Of a DNA stretch of 64,000 nucleotides, positions 20,271 through 30,449 are shown one piece after another. The notes below the pieces were generated by a model. That model ran no database searches and had not been told where the DNA came from. It saw only the letters and a list, made by a program, of their open reading frames with translations. The stretch comes from an uncultured Acidobacteriota bacterium (GTDB lineage: Bacteria; Acidobacteriota; Vicinamibacteria; Vicinamibacterales; UBA8438): contig CAJWLU010000010.1 in NCBI GenBank assembly GCA_913043225.1, forward strand, positions 73,277 to 137,276, read 5' to 3'. The first letter of the stretch is position 1. Each line of letters begins with the position of its first letter. Made by a program: the position numbers and the translations under genes.

Positions 20271-21077
20271 TCATGCTGTGGTTATGTCCTCCACCAGTCG
20301 GCCGAGCAGATGTTCCACCGCTGGGGGATCGGGCAGGCGATAGCGGGCGCCACTTGGACGCGGGCCGACGGCCACACTGACTCCGTCGGAACCCAGGGCC
20401 GCAAAGGCATGTTCGTCGGTCTGGTCATCGCCGAGATAGACCAACCGAACCGAGGTGGCACGACGGCGTTCCACATCACGGCGGATCCAGATGACCGCGT
20501 CTCCCTTCGTCCATGATGACGCCGCGAGTAGCTCGAGGATGCAGTCACCTGGTTGCAGGCGCAACCGTTGTCGCGCGAGAAGATCGCGGGTGTCGTCGTG
20601 GAACCTCGACTCTGCGCGCCGCCGGTCTTCAGTCGTGGTCGCCCGCAAGTGCAACGTTACCGACTGGCGCTTGCATTCGACGAAGGCTCCCTCGACAGCG
20701 GCCGCGATCACGTCCAACCGGGTGGCCGCCTCGGCCAAGTCGGGCAGCTCGGCATCGTCGATGGGGGCGGTGGCGGCGTTGTGAGGACCTTCGATCTCGC
20801 ACCCGTGGAGACCAGCGTAGTAGACCGCGCCGTCAAGAGCGACCCGGCTCTTGATGTCGCCCAGTGGTCGACCGCTCACGATCCCGACATCGAACCGCGG
20901 ATGCTCGACCAGCGAGGCCAGAAGCTGGCGTCGCGCTGGGGACAGAGCGACCTGTTCTGGGTCGGTCTGGAACTCGCAGAGCGTGCCGTCGAAGTCGGTC
21001 AGCAGGAGGAGCGAACCCTCTTCGTGGCATACCGCCCGGGCCACCGTCTCGACCGCGTCATAGCGTACCGGAGTCAC
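20271..21077 (-). CDS. otsB: Trehalose-6-phosphate phosphatase (HAD IIB)
   Basis: DFDGTL, IVSGR, YAGLHG, TKG, YLGDDQTDEHAF. Confidence 0.9.
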   Translation of the reverse strand: MTPVRYDAVETVARAVCHEEGSLLLLTDFDGTLCEFQTDPEQVALSPARRQLLASLVEHPRFDVGIVSGRPLGDIKSRVALDGAVYYAGLHGCEIEGPHNAATAPIDDAELPDLAEAATRLDVIAAAVEGAFVECKRQSVTLHLRATTTEDRRRAESRFHDDTRDLLARQRLRLQPGDCILELLAASSWTKGDAVIWIRRDVERRRATSVRLVYLGDDQTDEHAFAALGSDGVSVAVGPRPSGARYRLPDPPAVEHLLGRLVEDITTA

Positions 21078-21940
21078 TCCTGGAAGGCCTTCGGATGCAG
21101 GGCGCGCGCGATCGCCTCGGTTGCGTCCCCCATCCGGGGACCGGGCTGCACGAACTCGTTGCCGAGCAGGAGGTGGACCCGTCCGGCGCGGACGGCCGGG
21201 ATCGCCGGGAGACGGCTCCAGACCGCGCGCTCGGCGACCTGGCGGGCGGGCGTCATCCGTTCGTCGTAGCTCAGCTCGATGATGATGTCTGGGGCGGCGG
21301 TCAGGATCGACTCCGAAGAGAGCTGCACCGATTCGCGCGCGACGGCGGCGAAGACGTTGTCGCCCCCGGCCGCCTCGACCATGTCATGCAGGAACCCGAT
21401 GCCCCCGCTTGCATACACGTTCGACAAGGTACCTGGCTCGCGGCCGAACACGAGCATCACCCGTGGTTTGGGTTGGTCCGCTACCCGGTTGCTGACCCGC
21501 GTGATCTGGCTCCCGATACGGTCGGCCAGCGCGTCTGCGGGCATCCGCTGCCCGGTTCGGACTCCAAGCTCGCGAATGGTCGCCAGCGTGTCGTTCAGCC
21601 CCCCATGGGCGTACACGAACACGGAGATCCCGGCACGCTCAAGCTGCGCGAGCTGGTCCTCCTGGCTGCCGTACAGCACCACGAGGTCCGGCGTCAGCGC
21701 GATGATCTGTTCCATGTCCGGGTCGATCAGCCCGCCTACCTTGGGAAGGGAGTCGACCTCGGCCGGATGGCGATCGAAGCTCCCCACCCCGACAACCCGT
21801 GGGCCCGCGCCCATCGAGAACAATGCTTCAGTGAGCGCGGGCACGATGGAGATGATGCGTCCGGGTCGGGTCTGAGCCGGAAGCGCAGCGACCCACACCG
21901 CTAGTGCAAAGGAGACAAGGAGACGGCAGACAGGCGTCAT
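21074..21940 (-). CDS. btuF: Cobalamin/siderophore ABC transporter substrate-binding protein
   Basis: Signal peptide; RIISIVPALTEALF, PDMEQIIALTPDLV, QPGPR. Confidence 0.82.
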   Translation of the reverse strand: MTPVCRLLVSFALAVWVAALPAQTRPGRIISIVPALTEALFSMGAGPRVVGVGSFDRHPAEVDSLPKVGGLIDPDMEQIIALTPDLVVLYGSQEDQLAQLERAGISVFVYAHGGLNDTLATIRELGVRTGQRMPADALADRIGSQITRVSNRVADQPKPRVMLVFGREPGTLSNVYASGGIGFLHDMVEAAGGDNVFAAVARESVQLSSESILTAAPDIIIELSYDERMTPARQVAERAVWSRLPAIPAVRAGRVHLLLGNEFVQPGPRMGDATEAIARALHPKAFQE

Positions 21941-23000
21941 CGAGGACCTCCGCCTCGGGTCACGAGCAGCCAGAGGAAGAACGGGCCGCCGAGCATGGCG
22001 GTGATGACCCCCACGGGAAGTTCCATGGGGGAGAGCAGGGTGCGTGCGGCCGTGTCGCAGACGACGAGGAACGTCGCGCCCAGACAGGCCGAAGCTGGGA
22101 GTACGAAGCGGTGGTCGGCGCCGATCAGTAGCCGGACGAGATGCGGAACGATGATGCCGATGAACCCGATCGGTCCTCCGAGGGCGACCGCGGCGCCGGT
22201 TGCCAGAGAGGCACTGACGAACGCCAGTCGCTGGGTGCGGAGCACGTCGATACCTCGCGCAGCCGCACTGTCGGTGCCTAGGGTTAGGAGGTTGAGCGCC
22301 CGGGGTAGTCCCGCGAAAGCTCCGGCCGCCACGAGTAGCATCGGCAACGCCCAAAGGAGCGGTTGATAGCTGCTCACGTCCAGGTTGCCCATGACCCAGC
22401 GGATGGCCTGGAAGCTCTGGGTGAAATCGGCCAGATACTGGACGAACAGGATGATGGCCGAGAACAGCGAGTTGAGTGTCACGCCCGCCAGGAGTAGTAC
22501 GTTGGTGGAGAGCCCCTGGCGTCGCATCGTGGCGAGCCCATAGACCACGCCGACCGCGGCCAGGGCGCCTACGAAGCTAGCCAACGGAACGGCCGGAATG
22601 CCGGCCAGCGTTAGTGGCAAGCCGAACGTGATAACCAGCATCGCGCCAAGTGAGGCGCCGGCCGAGACGCCGAGCGTGAACGGGGTGGCCAGAGGGTTTC
22701 GCAGCAGAGCTTGCAGCACGACGCCAGCCGCGGCGAGCGCCCCGCCGACCAGGGCGCCTGCCAAGGTGCGGGGTAACCGCGCGATGAAGAAGATCTGCGC
22801 GTCGACGTTGTCGGCGAATGCTATCGTCGGGTCGAAGACCTGCCGCAGGCTGATCGCGGTCGGGCCGACCAGCGGCGCACAGAGGACGGCGAGCACCGCC
22901 AGTAGCAGGAAACCGATCTGCACGGCCCAGACCCGGCGGCGACGCGCCCCGGCGGTGACCCCGGCGACGACCGGCAGCAGACCCACGTAGGAGGGCGTCG

Positions 23001-23004
<4 letters not shown>
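21937..23004 (-). CDS. btuC: FecCD/BtuC-family ABC permease
   Basis: RLPR, QALLRNPLATPFTLGVSAGA, IGFIGIIVPHL, ELPVGV. The start is uncertain: CTG 23004 or GTG 22986. Confidence 0.88.
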
Positions 23005-23807
<803 letters not shown>

Positions 23808-23949
23808 CGTCTGGGCGGACGCAGTGGGGCGTCGCGGTAAAGGGGGTCCGACCTGCGAGATGGAGAAAACGAGAGGAGACCACTGGTTCCTTTCCGGCGT
23901 TTCCACGCGCCGTGCCCGTCCGCATGCGGACGGTGCGAAAGGACGAACC

Positions 23950-24140
23950 CGGTGGTCAGGTTTCCTGACTCGCGAATCAACGCGGCTCGGTGGCGCCTTC
24001 CCACGCGGTGCGCAGTGGCGGGCCCGGAGGCCGGGTACCGAACCGCTCCTCGCTTACAGTGGCGGGACCGTGTGGGCTTCGCACCCACTTCCCTTGCCAA
24101 CCGGGGAGCGTCGAAAGAGGGCGAAGTATACCACGGTCGG
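23950..24140 (-). promoter_or_regulatory. Cobalamin (AdoCbl) riboswitch
   Basis: The minus strand reads AGGGAA-GTGGGTGCGAAGCCCAC-ACGGTCCCGCCACTGTAA...GCCACTG...TGGGAAGG...GAGTCAGGAAACCTG (B12 box). It lies directly upstream of the btu genes. Confidence 0.95.
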
Positions 24141-24191
24141 TCGGCGTGGCCGGTTGCCTGCCGCCGTGACTCCGGCGTACGATAGCGGTTC

Positions 24192-24320
24192 GTGACCGAC
24201 GCGGATGCAGCGACCGGGGGGCTTCGGGTCACGACCCGCGACCTCGTCATTTCCACCACTCAGCGGGCCGAAGTGGTCGGCCTGACGGAGCAACTGACGG
24301 ACGCGGTGCTGGCCAGCACG
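24192..24320 (+). pseudogene. 5' remnant of a YjbQ/UPF0047-family gene
   Basis: VTTRDLVISTTQRAEVVGLTEQLTDAVLAS resembles the YjbQ N-terminus; the similarity then stops, with no HTT motif. Confidence 0.4.
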
Positions 24321-24397
24321 GCCGAGCCCGAGGCTGGCCCGTGTCCCCTTCAACTGCGGGCCCCGGTGTGGCGCACGATGGATGGCGCCGCGTCTCG

Positions 24398-25504
24398 ATG
24401 ACTATGCAGACACGACTGGCCCAGAGCGGGCTCTCCGAGATCGCCGACAAGCTCGATGCGGGTATCCGGCTCGAGCTTGAGGATGGTGTCCGTCTGTTCG
24501 AGTGTTCCGATCTGCTTGCCGTCGGCTGGTTGGCCAACCGCGAGCGCGAGCGGAGGCATGCCGGTCAGACTTTCTTTAACCACAACATCCGGATCGAGGC
24601 GACCAACGTTTGCGTGGCCAGTTGCCTCTTCTGCGCGTTTGCCCGGCTGCAGCCCGGTGATGACGGCGCCTACACGTTGTCGCTCGAACAGGTCTGGGAG
24701 AAGCTACGGGTGCGGGCCGACCAACCGCTGACCGAGGTACATGTGGTCAATGGGCTCCATCCCGACCTGTCGTTCGACTACTACCTGGAGTTGCTGCGGG
24801 GCTTCAAGAAGATCCGCCCGGACGTGCACCTGAAGTGCTTCACCGCCGTCGAGATAGCCTTTTTTGCCGATATCTACGGCCGCACGGACGAGCAGGTTCT
24901 GCGAGAGTTGATGGAGGCCGGACTCGACTCGCTGCCTGGCGGTGGCGCCGAGGTGTTCTCGGAACGGGTCCGTCAGAAGCTCTGTCACGACAAGTGCGGC
25001 AGCGACCGCTATCTCGACATTCATCGCACGGCGCACCGTCTAGGCATGCGGTCGAACGTCACCATGCTCTACGGTCACATCGAGACGAACGAAGAGCGCA
25101 TCGATCACATGCTGCGGGCACGTGCGTTGCAAGACGAGACCGGAGGGTTCCAGGCATTTATCCCGCTAGCGTTCCACCCCGACAACAACCAGATGCGTAA
25201 GTTACCCGCGCCGACCGCGGTCGACACGCTGCGGGTGCACGCGGTCGCCCGACTGATGATGGACAACGTCGCCCACATCAAGGCGTTCTGGATAGCCACC
25301 GGCGTGGAGACTGCGCAGACCTCACTCTGGTTCGGCGTGGATGACTTGGACGGGACCGTCCAGGAAGAGCAGATCTACCACATGGCCGGCGCCCGCACCC
25401 CGGAGGCGCTGAGTACCGAGGATATCAGTCGGCTGATCCGGGTGGCGGGCCGTGACCCGGTCGAGCGGGACACGCTCTATAACGTCGTTTCGATGCCGGC
25501 CTGA
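24398..25504 (+). CDS. mqnE: Aminofutalosine synthase (radical SAM, futalosine menaquinone pathway)
   Basis: TNVCVASCLFCAF, EVHVVNGLHP, SLPGGGAE, FIPLAFHPDN, HIKAFWI, IYHMAGA. Confidence 0.9.
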   Translation: MTMQTRLAQSGLSEIADKLDAGIRLELEDGVRLFECSDLLAVGWLANRERERRHAGQTFFNHNIRIEATNVCVASCLFCAFARLQPGDDGAYTLSLEQVWEKLRVRADQPLTEVHVVNGLHPDLSFDYYLELLRGFKKIRPDVHLKCFTAVEIAFFADIYGRTDEQVLRELMEAGLDSLPGGGAEVFSERVRQKLCHDKCGSDRYLDIHRTAHRLGMRSNVTMLYGHIETNEERIDHMLRARALQDETGGFQAFIPLAFHPDNNQMRKLPAPTAVDTLRVHAVARLMMDNVAHIKAFWIATGVETAQTSLWFGVDDLDGTVQEEQIYHMAGARTPEALSTEDISRLIRVAGRDPVERDTLYNVVSMPA

Positions 25505-25564
25505 TTTGCCACAACCGTTGTTGTATCGCGTTTCTTGATCCCACTTGTGAAGGAGAGTGTTCTG

Positions 25565-26164
25565 ATGGCGTACGAGCTTCCCGACCTGCCCTACGGCTTT
25601 GATGCCCTGGCCCCGCATATCGACGAACAGACGATGCGCATCCACCACGGTAAGCACCACGCGACCTACATCACCAAGCTCAACGGCGCACTGGACGGAC
25701 ATGCGGACCTGGCGGCCAAGTCGGTCGAGGATCTAATTGCCGATCTGGATGCCGTGCCCGAGGCGATCCGGGGCGCCGTCCGCAACAACGGCGGCGGCCA
25801 CGCCAACCACACGTTGTTCTGGCAGGTTATGGCGCCGGGCGCCGGCGGCGCGCCGAGCGGAGCGATTGCCGACGCGATCAACGGCACCTTTGGCAGTTTC
25901 GACAGCTTCAAGGAACAGTTCGCCGCGGCTGGCGTGGGCCGGTTCGGGAGCGGCTGGGCCTGGCTTCTGAAGGACGGCGATTCGCTGGCGGTCGAGAGCT
26001 CGCCGAACCAGGACAGCCCGGTGATGGCAGGCAAGACGCCGCTCCTGGGTCTGGACGTCTGGGAGCACGCCTACTACCTGAACTACCAGAACCGGCGGCC
26101 CGACTACATCTCGGCCTGGTGGAACGTCGTGAACTGGGACGAGGTCAATCGTCGCCTGGGGTAG
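25565..26164 (+). CDS. sodA: Superoxide dismutase [Mn-type signature]
   Basis: [41 protein letters not shown]. Confidence 0.93.
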   Translation: MAYELPDLPYGFDALAPHIDEQTMRIHHGKHHATYITKLNGALDGHADLAAKSVEDLIADLDAVPEAIRGAVRNNGGGHANHTLFWQVMAPGAGGAPSGAIADAINGTFGSFDSFKEQFAAAGVGRFGSGWAWLLKDGDSLAVESSPNQDSPVMAGKTPLLGLDVWEHAYYLNYQNRRPDYISAWWNVVNWDEVNRRLG

Positions 26165-26176
26165 TCTCTGCCTAGG

Positions 26177-26205
26177 GGACCGGACCGCGACGGGCGGTCC
26201 GGTCC
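26177..26205 (+). terminator. GC-rich hairpin after sodA (terminator or stabiliser)
   Basis: GGACCGGACCGC-gacgg-GCGGTCCGGTCC, a perfect 12-bp stem with a weak U tail. Confidence 0.55.
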
Positions 26206-26215
26206 TTCCTCACAC

Positions 26216-27022
26216 ATGACCCTGTCCTTCGTCCTGTTTCTGTTCCTAGCCCATCTCGGGATCGGGGTTATTTTCTCGCTGCTGCTTGTCAGTAGGGAAG
26301 CGGGCGTTGCGTTTTTTCGGTTCAACGCAGGGCTCGCGGCCGTGTTGCTGCTGATCGCGCTCGCCTTCAGGCCTGGCGAGATCGAGTTGGCGCCCGGCAC
26401 CCAGGGCAACGCGTTCCTGGCGGTGATCGTGTGTACCGGGGCCATCCTGATCTACTGGGCCACCATCGGACGGGTGGCGGCGTGGTTGCGGCCGATTCTG
26501 CTCGGCACCGCGGTGGTGGCCGGCACCGTCGGGCTGCTGCTTCAGGCGCTGGCGATCTCGGGAGATGCCTCGAACTTGGTCGCCACCCTTACGGCAGTCA
26601 GCTTTCTGACCTCGACGGCGCTCTTAGGTGGCACCTGCACTGCGATGACGCTCGGCCACTGGTATCTCGTGCTGCCCTCGATGCCGGTCGACCACTTGCA
26701 ATCGGTGGTGAAGTTCCACATCGGGTCGACTGCGGCGCGCATCCTCGTGGTGGGGGTGGCAGTCTGGTGGGCGCTCAGCGTGGCCGACCTACCCGAGCCG
26801 GGCTTCTATCGCTACATGATGTCGATCGACGGCATCTTCTTCTGGCAGCGGATTCTGTTCGGGCTACTTGGTCCGGCCGTGCTCGCCTACATGACTTGGG
26901 AGACCGCGAAGATTCAGGCTACCCAGTCGGCCACCGGCATTCTGTACGTCGATTTCTTCACCGTGATGGTGGGCGAGGTGCTTGCCAAGTATCTCTTGGT
27001 GGCGACCACCGTTCCTGTCTAG
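26216..27022 (+). CDS. Hypothetical integral membrane protein (about 8 TM)
   Basis: Hydrophobic throughout; conserved-looking motifs AMTLGHWYL and TQSATGILY. Confidence 0.8.
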   Translation: MTLSFVLFLFLAHLGIGVIFSLLLVSREAGVAFFRFNAGLAAVLLLIALAFRPGEIELAPGTQGNAFLAVIVCTGAILIYWATIGRVAAWLRPILLGTAVVAGTVGLLLQALAISGDASNLVATLTAVSFLTSTALLGGTCTAMTLGHWYLVLPSMPVDHLQSVVKFHIGSTAARILVVGVAVWWALSVADLPEPGFYRYMMSIDGIFFWQRILFGLLGPAVLAYMTWETAKIQATQSATGILYVDFFTVMVGEVLAKYLLVATTVPV

Positions 27023-27058
27023 CCCGACACCAAAGCTCAAAACTCGAGAGGTCGACCC

Positions 27059-27523
27059 CTGGAAGTTACCGTCGTTTGTCATCAGTGTGGGAGCGCCCTC
27101 CCGGTCGATGCAGCTGAGGAATCGCTGCAGATCAACTGCGGACGCTGCAAGCAGGCGTTCATGCTGAGCTTCTCGGACGACGTTCGGGCCAGCACGAAGG
27201 TCGACCAGTGCCCCGTCTGTGAAGGCGGCGATTTCTACATGCGCAAGGACTTCGACCCTAAGGTCGGGGTCACGGTCATCGTCATCGCGGCGTTGATCAG
27301 CGCGGGTTTCTACTTCTACGGTCAGGATCTGATCGCCTACGGTGTTTTGGGCGGTGCCGCCCTGATCGACCTATTTATCTACAGCCGCCTCAAGGACCTG
27401 ACGGTCTGCTACCGCTGCCACGCTGAGTTCCGAGGGTCGTTTGAGCATTCAGCGCCGCCGTTCGATCTCCACACCGCAGACGAGCTCGAGCCGGAATACG
27501 AGCGTAAAGTCGGGAAGCGCTAG
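27059..27523 (+). CDS. Membrane-anchored multi-CxxC (zinc-ribbon) protein, probable CTG start
   Basis: The frame extends 34 codons upstream of the listed ATG: LEVTVVCHQC...NCGRC. CPVC, two TM segments and CYRC follow. GAGAGG precedes the CTG at 27059. Confidence 0.7.
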   Translation: MEVTVVCHQCGSALPVDAAEESLQINCGRCKQAFMLSFSDDVRASTKVDQCPVCEGGDFYMRKDFDPKVGVTVIVIAALISAGFYFYGQDLIAYGVLGGAALIDLFIYSRLKDLTVCYRCHAEFRGSFEHSAPPFDLHTADELEPEYERKVGKR

Positions 27524-27578
27524 GCGGGGTGCTGCTGGACGACTGGGTGAGGGTAGCCGGTATGGCCTGCGGAACCGG

Positions 27579-28808
27579 CTAGAACAGCTTCACTTCCACA
27601 AGCTCAGCCTTTTCGACAACGTTGGTTCGGGTTGGGATCTCGATGTAGCCGTCGGCTCGCGACATGCTCGTGATATCGCCTGACGCCTTGAACGCACCAA
27701 TCGCTTTGCCGTCGACCACCCGCACCGAGTAGAGCTGGTGGCGTCCCGACACCGAGTTGAACCGTTGCCCGGCCGGTACGGTGACCGTGCGGAAGCGGTG
27801 CGGAGGGAGACGGGCGATGCGGCGGAGCATGGGCATCAGCAGCAGATAGGCGTTCGACAGGCAGGAGGTGGGGTAGCCGGGCATGCCCAGGACCGGAGTG
27901 CTCCCGATCCGGCCGAGAACGGTCGGTTTCCCCGGCTTGACCGCGATGCCGTGGAACAGCACCTCGCCTTTCAGTCGCAGCACGTCGATGGTCAGGTCGC
28001 GTTCGCCCACCGAGCTGCCGCCCGAGAAGACCAGGATGTCGGCGCCGTCGGCCAAACAGGCGTCGACAGTGGCGCCGAGCTCGTCGATGCTGTCGGGCGC
28101 CGTGGGCAGCGGGAATGCGACCCCACCATGCTCCTGGATCACCGCGCCGAGCGAATACCGATTGATGTCGTAGATCTGGCCGGGTCCCAGTGGCTGACCT
28201 GGCGCAGTGATCTCGTTGCCGGTGGACAGGATGGCTACGCGCGGTCGGGTATAGACGTTGACCTCGGCGATGCCGAGGGCCGCGATGGAGCCGACGCGGC
28301 TTGGTGTCAGATGGTCTCCGGCTTCGAGTAGCTCGGTGCCCGTGGAGATGTCGGCGCCCCGCCGTCCAATGTTCTGGCGTGGATAGATCGGGGTGAAGAC
28401 CGAAACGTCGTCACCGACGCGTTCGGTTTCCTCGACCATCACCACCGCGTTGGCGCCGTCGGGCATCGGCGCTCCGGTGGCGATCTGCGTGCACTGGCCC
28501 GCTGCGACCGTCTTTGACGGGATGCCGCCGGTGTGCACCGTCTCCAAGCAGGTGAGCCGACGGGGCTCGTCGCGGCTGGCGCCGAAGGTGTTCTCGGCGA
28601 CTAGCGCGTAGCCGTCCATGGCCGCCCGGTCGAACGGCGGTACATCCTGGTCCGCCACGATGGCGCTGGCGAGGACCCGGCCGACCGCCCCGTCGAGGTC
28701 GACCCGCTCGATCCGGTCGAGTGGCACGCTCGCCTGCTCGGTCAGCGACAGCGCCTCCTCGATCGGAATTGTCTTCTTGATCGGCCGCATCTTTGTACCG
28801 GTGTTCAC
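27579..28808 (-). CDS. moeA: Molybdopterin molybdenumtransferase
   Basis: PPFDRAAMDGYA, IATGAPMP, STGNE, SGGSSVGERD, KPGKPT. Confidence 0.94.
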   Translation of the reverse strand: MNTGTKMRPIKKTIPIEEALSLTEQASVPLDRIERVDLDGAVGRVLASAIVADQDVPPFDRAAMDGYALVAENTFGASRDEPRRLTCLETVHTGGIPSKTVAAGQCTQIATGAPMPDGANAVVMVEETERVGDDVSVFTPIYPRQNIGRRGADISTGTELLEAGDHLTPSRVGSIAALGIAEVNVYTRPRVAILSTGNEITAPGQPLGPGQIYDINRYSLGAVIQEHGGVAFPLPTAPDSIDELGATVDACLADGADILVFSGGSSVGERDLTIDVLRLKGEVLFHGIAVKPGKPTVLGRIGSTPVLGMPGYPTSCLSNAYLLLMPMLRRIARLPPHRFRTVTVPAGQRFNSVSGRHQLYSVRVVDGKAIGAFKASGDITSMSRADGYIEIPTRTNVVEKAELVEVKLF

Positions 28809-29308
28809 CGTGTTACCTCGCGCACGAGATGACCGAGCTCGGGTAGTACCAGTCTGGTCATTCCCAGTCGGACCGCGTTCTGTGAACCTGGCATCGAGAT
28901 CAGGACCTTACCGCGGGCTGCCCCCGCACAGGCTCTCGATAGCATGGCCGAGGGACCGATCTCCTCGAAACTGAGCGTCCGGAACAACTCGCCAAAGCCA
29001 TCGAGTCGCTTGTCCAGGAGATCGCTGACCACCTCGTAGGTGCCGTCTCGACGGCTGATGCCGGTGCCGCCAGTGGTGATCACCGCCTGCACGACATCGG
29101 TATCGAGCTGGGCCGAAATGGCATAGCGCAGCGTCTTGGCCTCGTCGGGCACGATGGCATGCCCGATGACCTCATGACCGTTTTCGGTCAGCAGTTCACG
29201 GAGCAGGCGCCCGCCGGTATCAGTTTCTTCCGTGCGGGTGTCGCTGACTGTCAGCACATAGCACCTAATGTTGGTCGGTGACGCCCGCTTGTGTTCCTGG
29301 TGGCTCAT
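28805..29308 (-). CDS. moaB: Molybdenum cofactor biosynthesis protein MoaB/Mog
   Basis: LTVSDTRT, TTGGTGISRRDGT, GFGELFR, MLSRA, MPGS. Confidence 0.9.
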   Translation of the reverse strand: MSHQEHKRASPTNIRCYVLTVSDTRTEETDTGGRLLRELLTENGHEVIGHAIVPDEAKTLRYAISAQLDTDVVQAVITTGGTGISRRDGTYEVVSDLLDKRLDGFGELFRTLSFEEIGPSAMLSRACAGAARGKVLISMPGSQNAVRLGMTRLVLPELGHLVREVTR

Positions 29309-29435
29309 CGGCGGAATCATACCCGGTAGCCTGCGGTTGTCCGGGGTCGCTGCTGCAGGGCAGGTCTTTAGACTCGCCGGCGCGAGTTTCCATGGGCCCG
29401 CCTTTCGGCCCGTCATCGTGCGATCATGGACCGCC

Positions 29436-30449
29436 ATGACGACGTCCCTCACATCCCGTACTGGCCTGGCCGGTCTTGTCGCGGTGCTGGTGCTCACCGC
29501 CGGTCCGGCGCTGGCCCAGACCGATGATGGCTGGGTGGTTCCGCGGATGCCGGACGGCGTGCCGGATTTGCAGGGGCTGTGGAATAACACCACCATCACA
29601 CCGTTTGAGCGGCGGCCGGCGCAGCCGGAGTTCATTACAGAAGAGGACGCTCAGGCAGCCCAGGAGCAGGCGCTAGCGCGTCGGGCCGAGGCGAACGCGC
29701 CGAGCGTCGTGCGCACCGAGCCGCTCCCGGTGGGTGGCAATCCCGGCTCAGTCAACCAGTTCTGGTTGGGCCCTCGGTACCAGATCGTCGAGACTCGACG
29801 CTCGTCGCTGGTCATCGATCCGCCAGACGGGCGGGTACCGCTCCGGCCAGAGGCCGAGGAGCGCCGTGACTATTTGGTCGAATATCGTGCCGACCAGATC
29901 GAGAACATGAGTGTCTACAGCCGCTGTATCACGCGTGGCGTGCCCGGCACCATGTTCCCGCAGGTCTACAACAACGGCTACCAGATCCTGCAGATTCCTG
30001 GTTATGTCGTCATCCGGCCGGAGATGATGCACATTCGGATCATTCCGCTCGACGGATCGCCGCATATCTCCCCCAAGATCAGCGGTTGGATGGGCGACTC
30101 GCGCGGACGGTGGGAGGGGGATACCCTCGTCGTCGAGACTACGAACTTCGATCCGAGAGGGTGGATCTCGTCAAATGCCTCGGCAGGGCGGATGCACGCC
30201 GTGCCGCAGAGCGACAAGCTACGGGTGGTGGAGCGGTTTCGACGGGTCGACGAGGGCACCTTGTTGTGGCGAGCAACCATCGAAGACCCGCCATTCTACG
30301 CCTCGCCCTGGACGGTGGAAGTGCCGTTCCGGACAGTGCCAGACTACATCATCTACGAGTACGCCTGTCATGAGGGCAATCATGCCGTCGAGGGTGTGAT
30401 GGGAGGCGCTCGGGTCCAAGAGCTTCGCCCGACGACGGGGCCAGGCTAA
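29436..30449 (+). CDS. Secreted hypothetical protein (PDLQG.W...EYACHEGN family)
   Basis: Signal peptide; motifs PDLQGLW, RC, GDSRGRWEGDTLVVET, EYACHEGN. Paralog at 51597. Confidence 0.8.
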   Translation: MTTSLTSRTGLAGLVAVLVLTAGPALAQTDDGWVVPRMPDGVPDLQGLWNNTTITPFERRPAQPEFITEEDAQAAQEQALARRAEANAPSVVRTEPLPVGGNPGSVNQFWLGPRYQIVETRRSSLVIDPPDGRVPLRPEAEERRDYLVEYRADQIENMSVYSRCITRGVPGTMFPQVYNNGYQILQIPGYVVIRPEMMHIRIIPLDGSPHISPKISGWMGDSRGRWEGDTLVVETTNFDPRGWISSNASAGRMHAVPQSDKLRVVERFRRVDEGTLLWRATIEDPPFYASPWTVEVPFRTVPDYIIYEYACHEGNHAVEGVMGGARVQELRPTTGPG

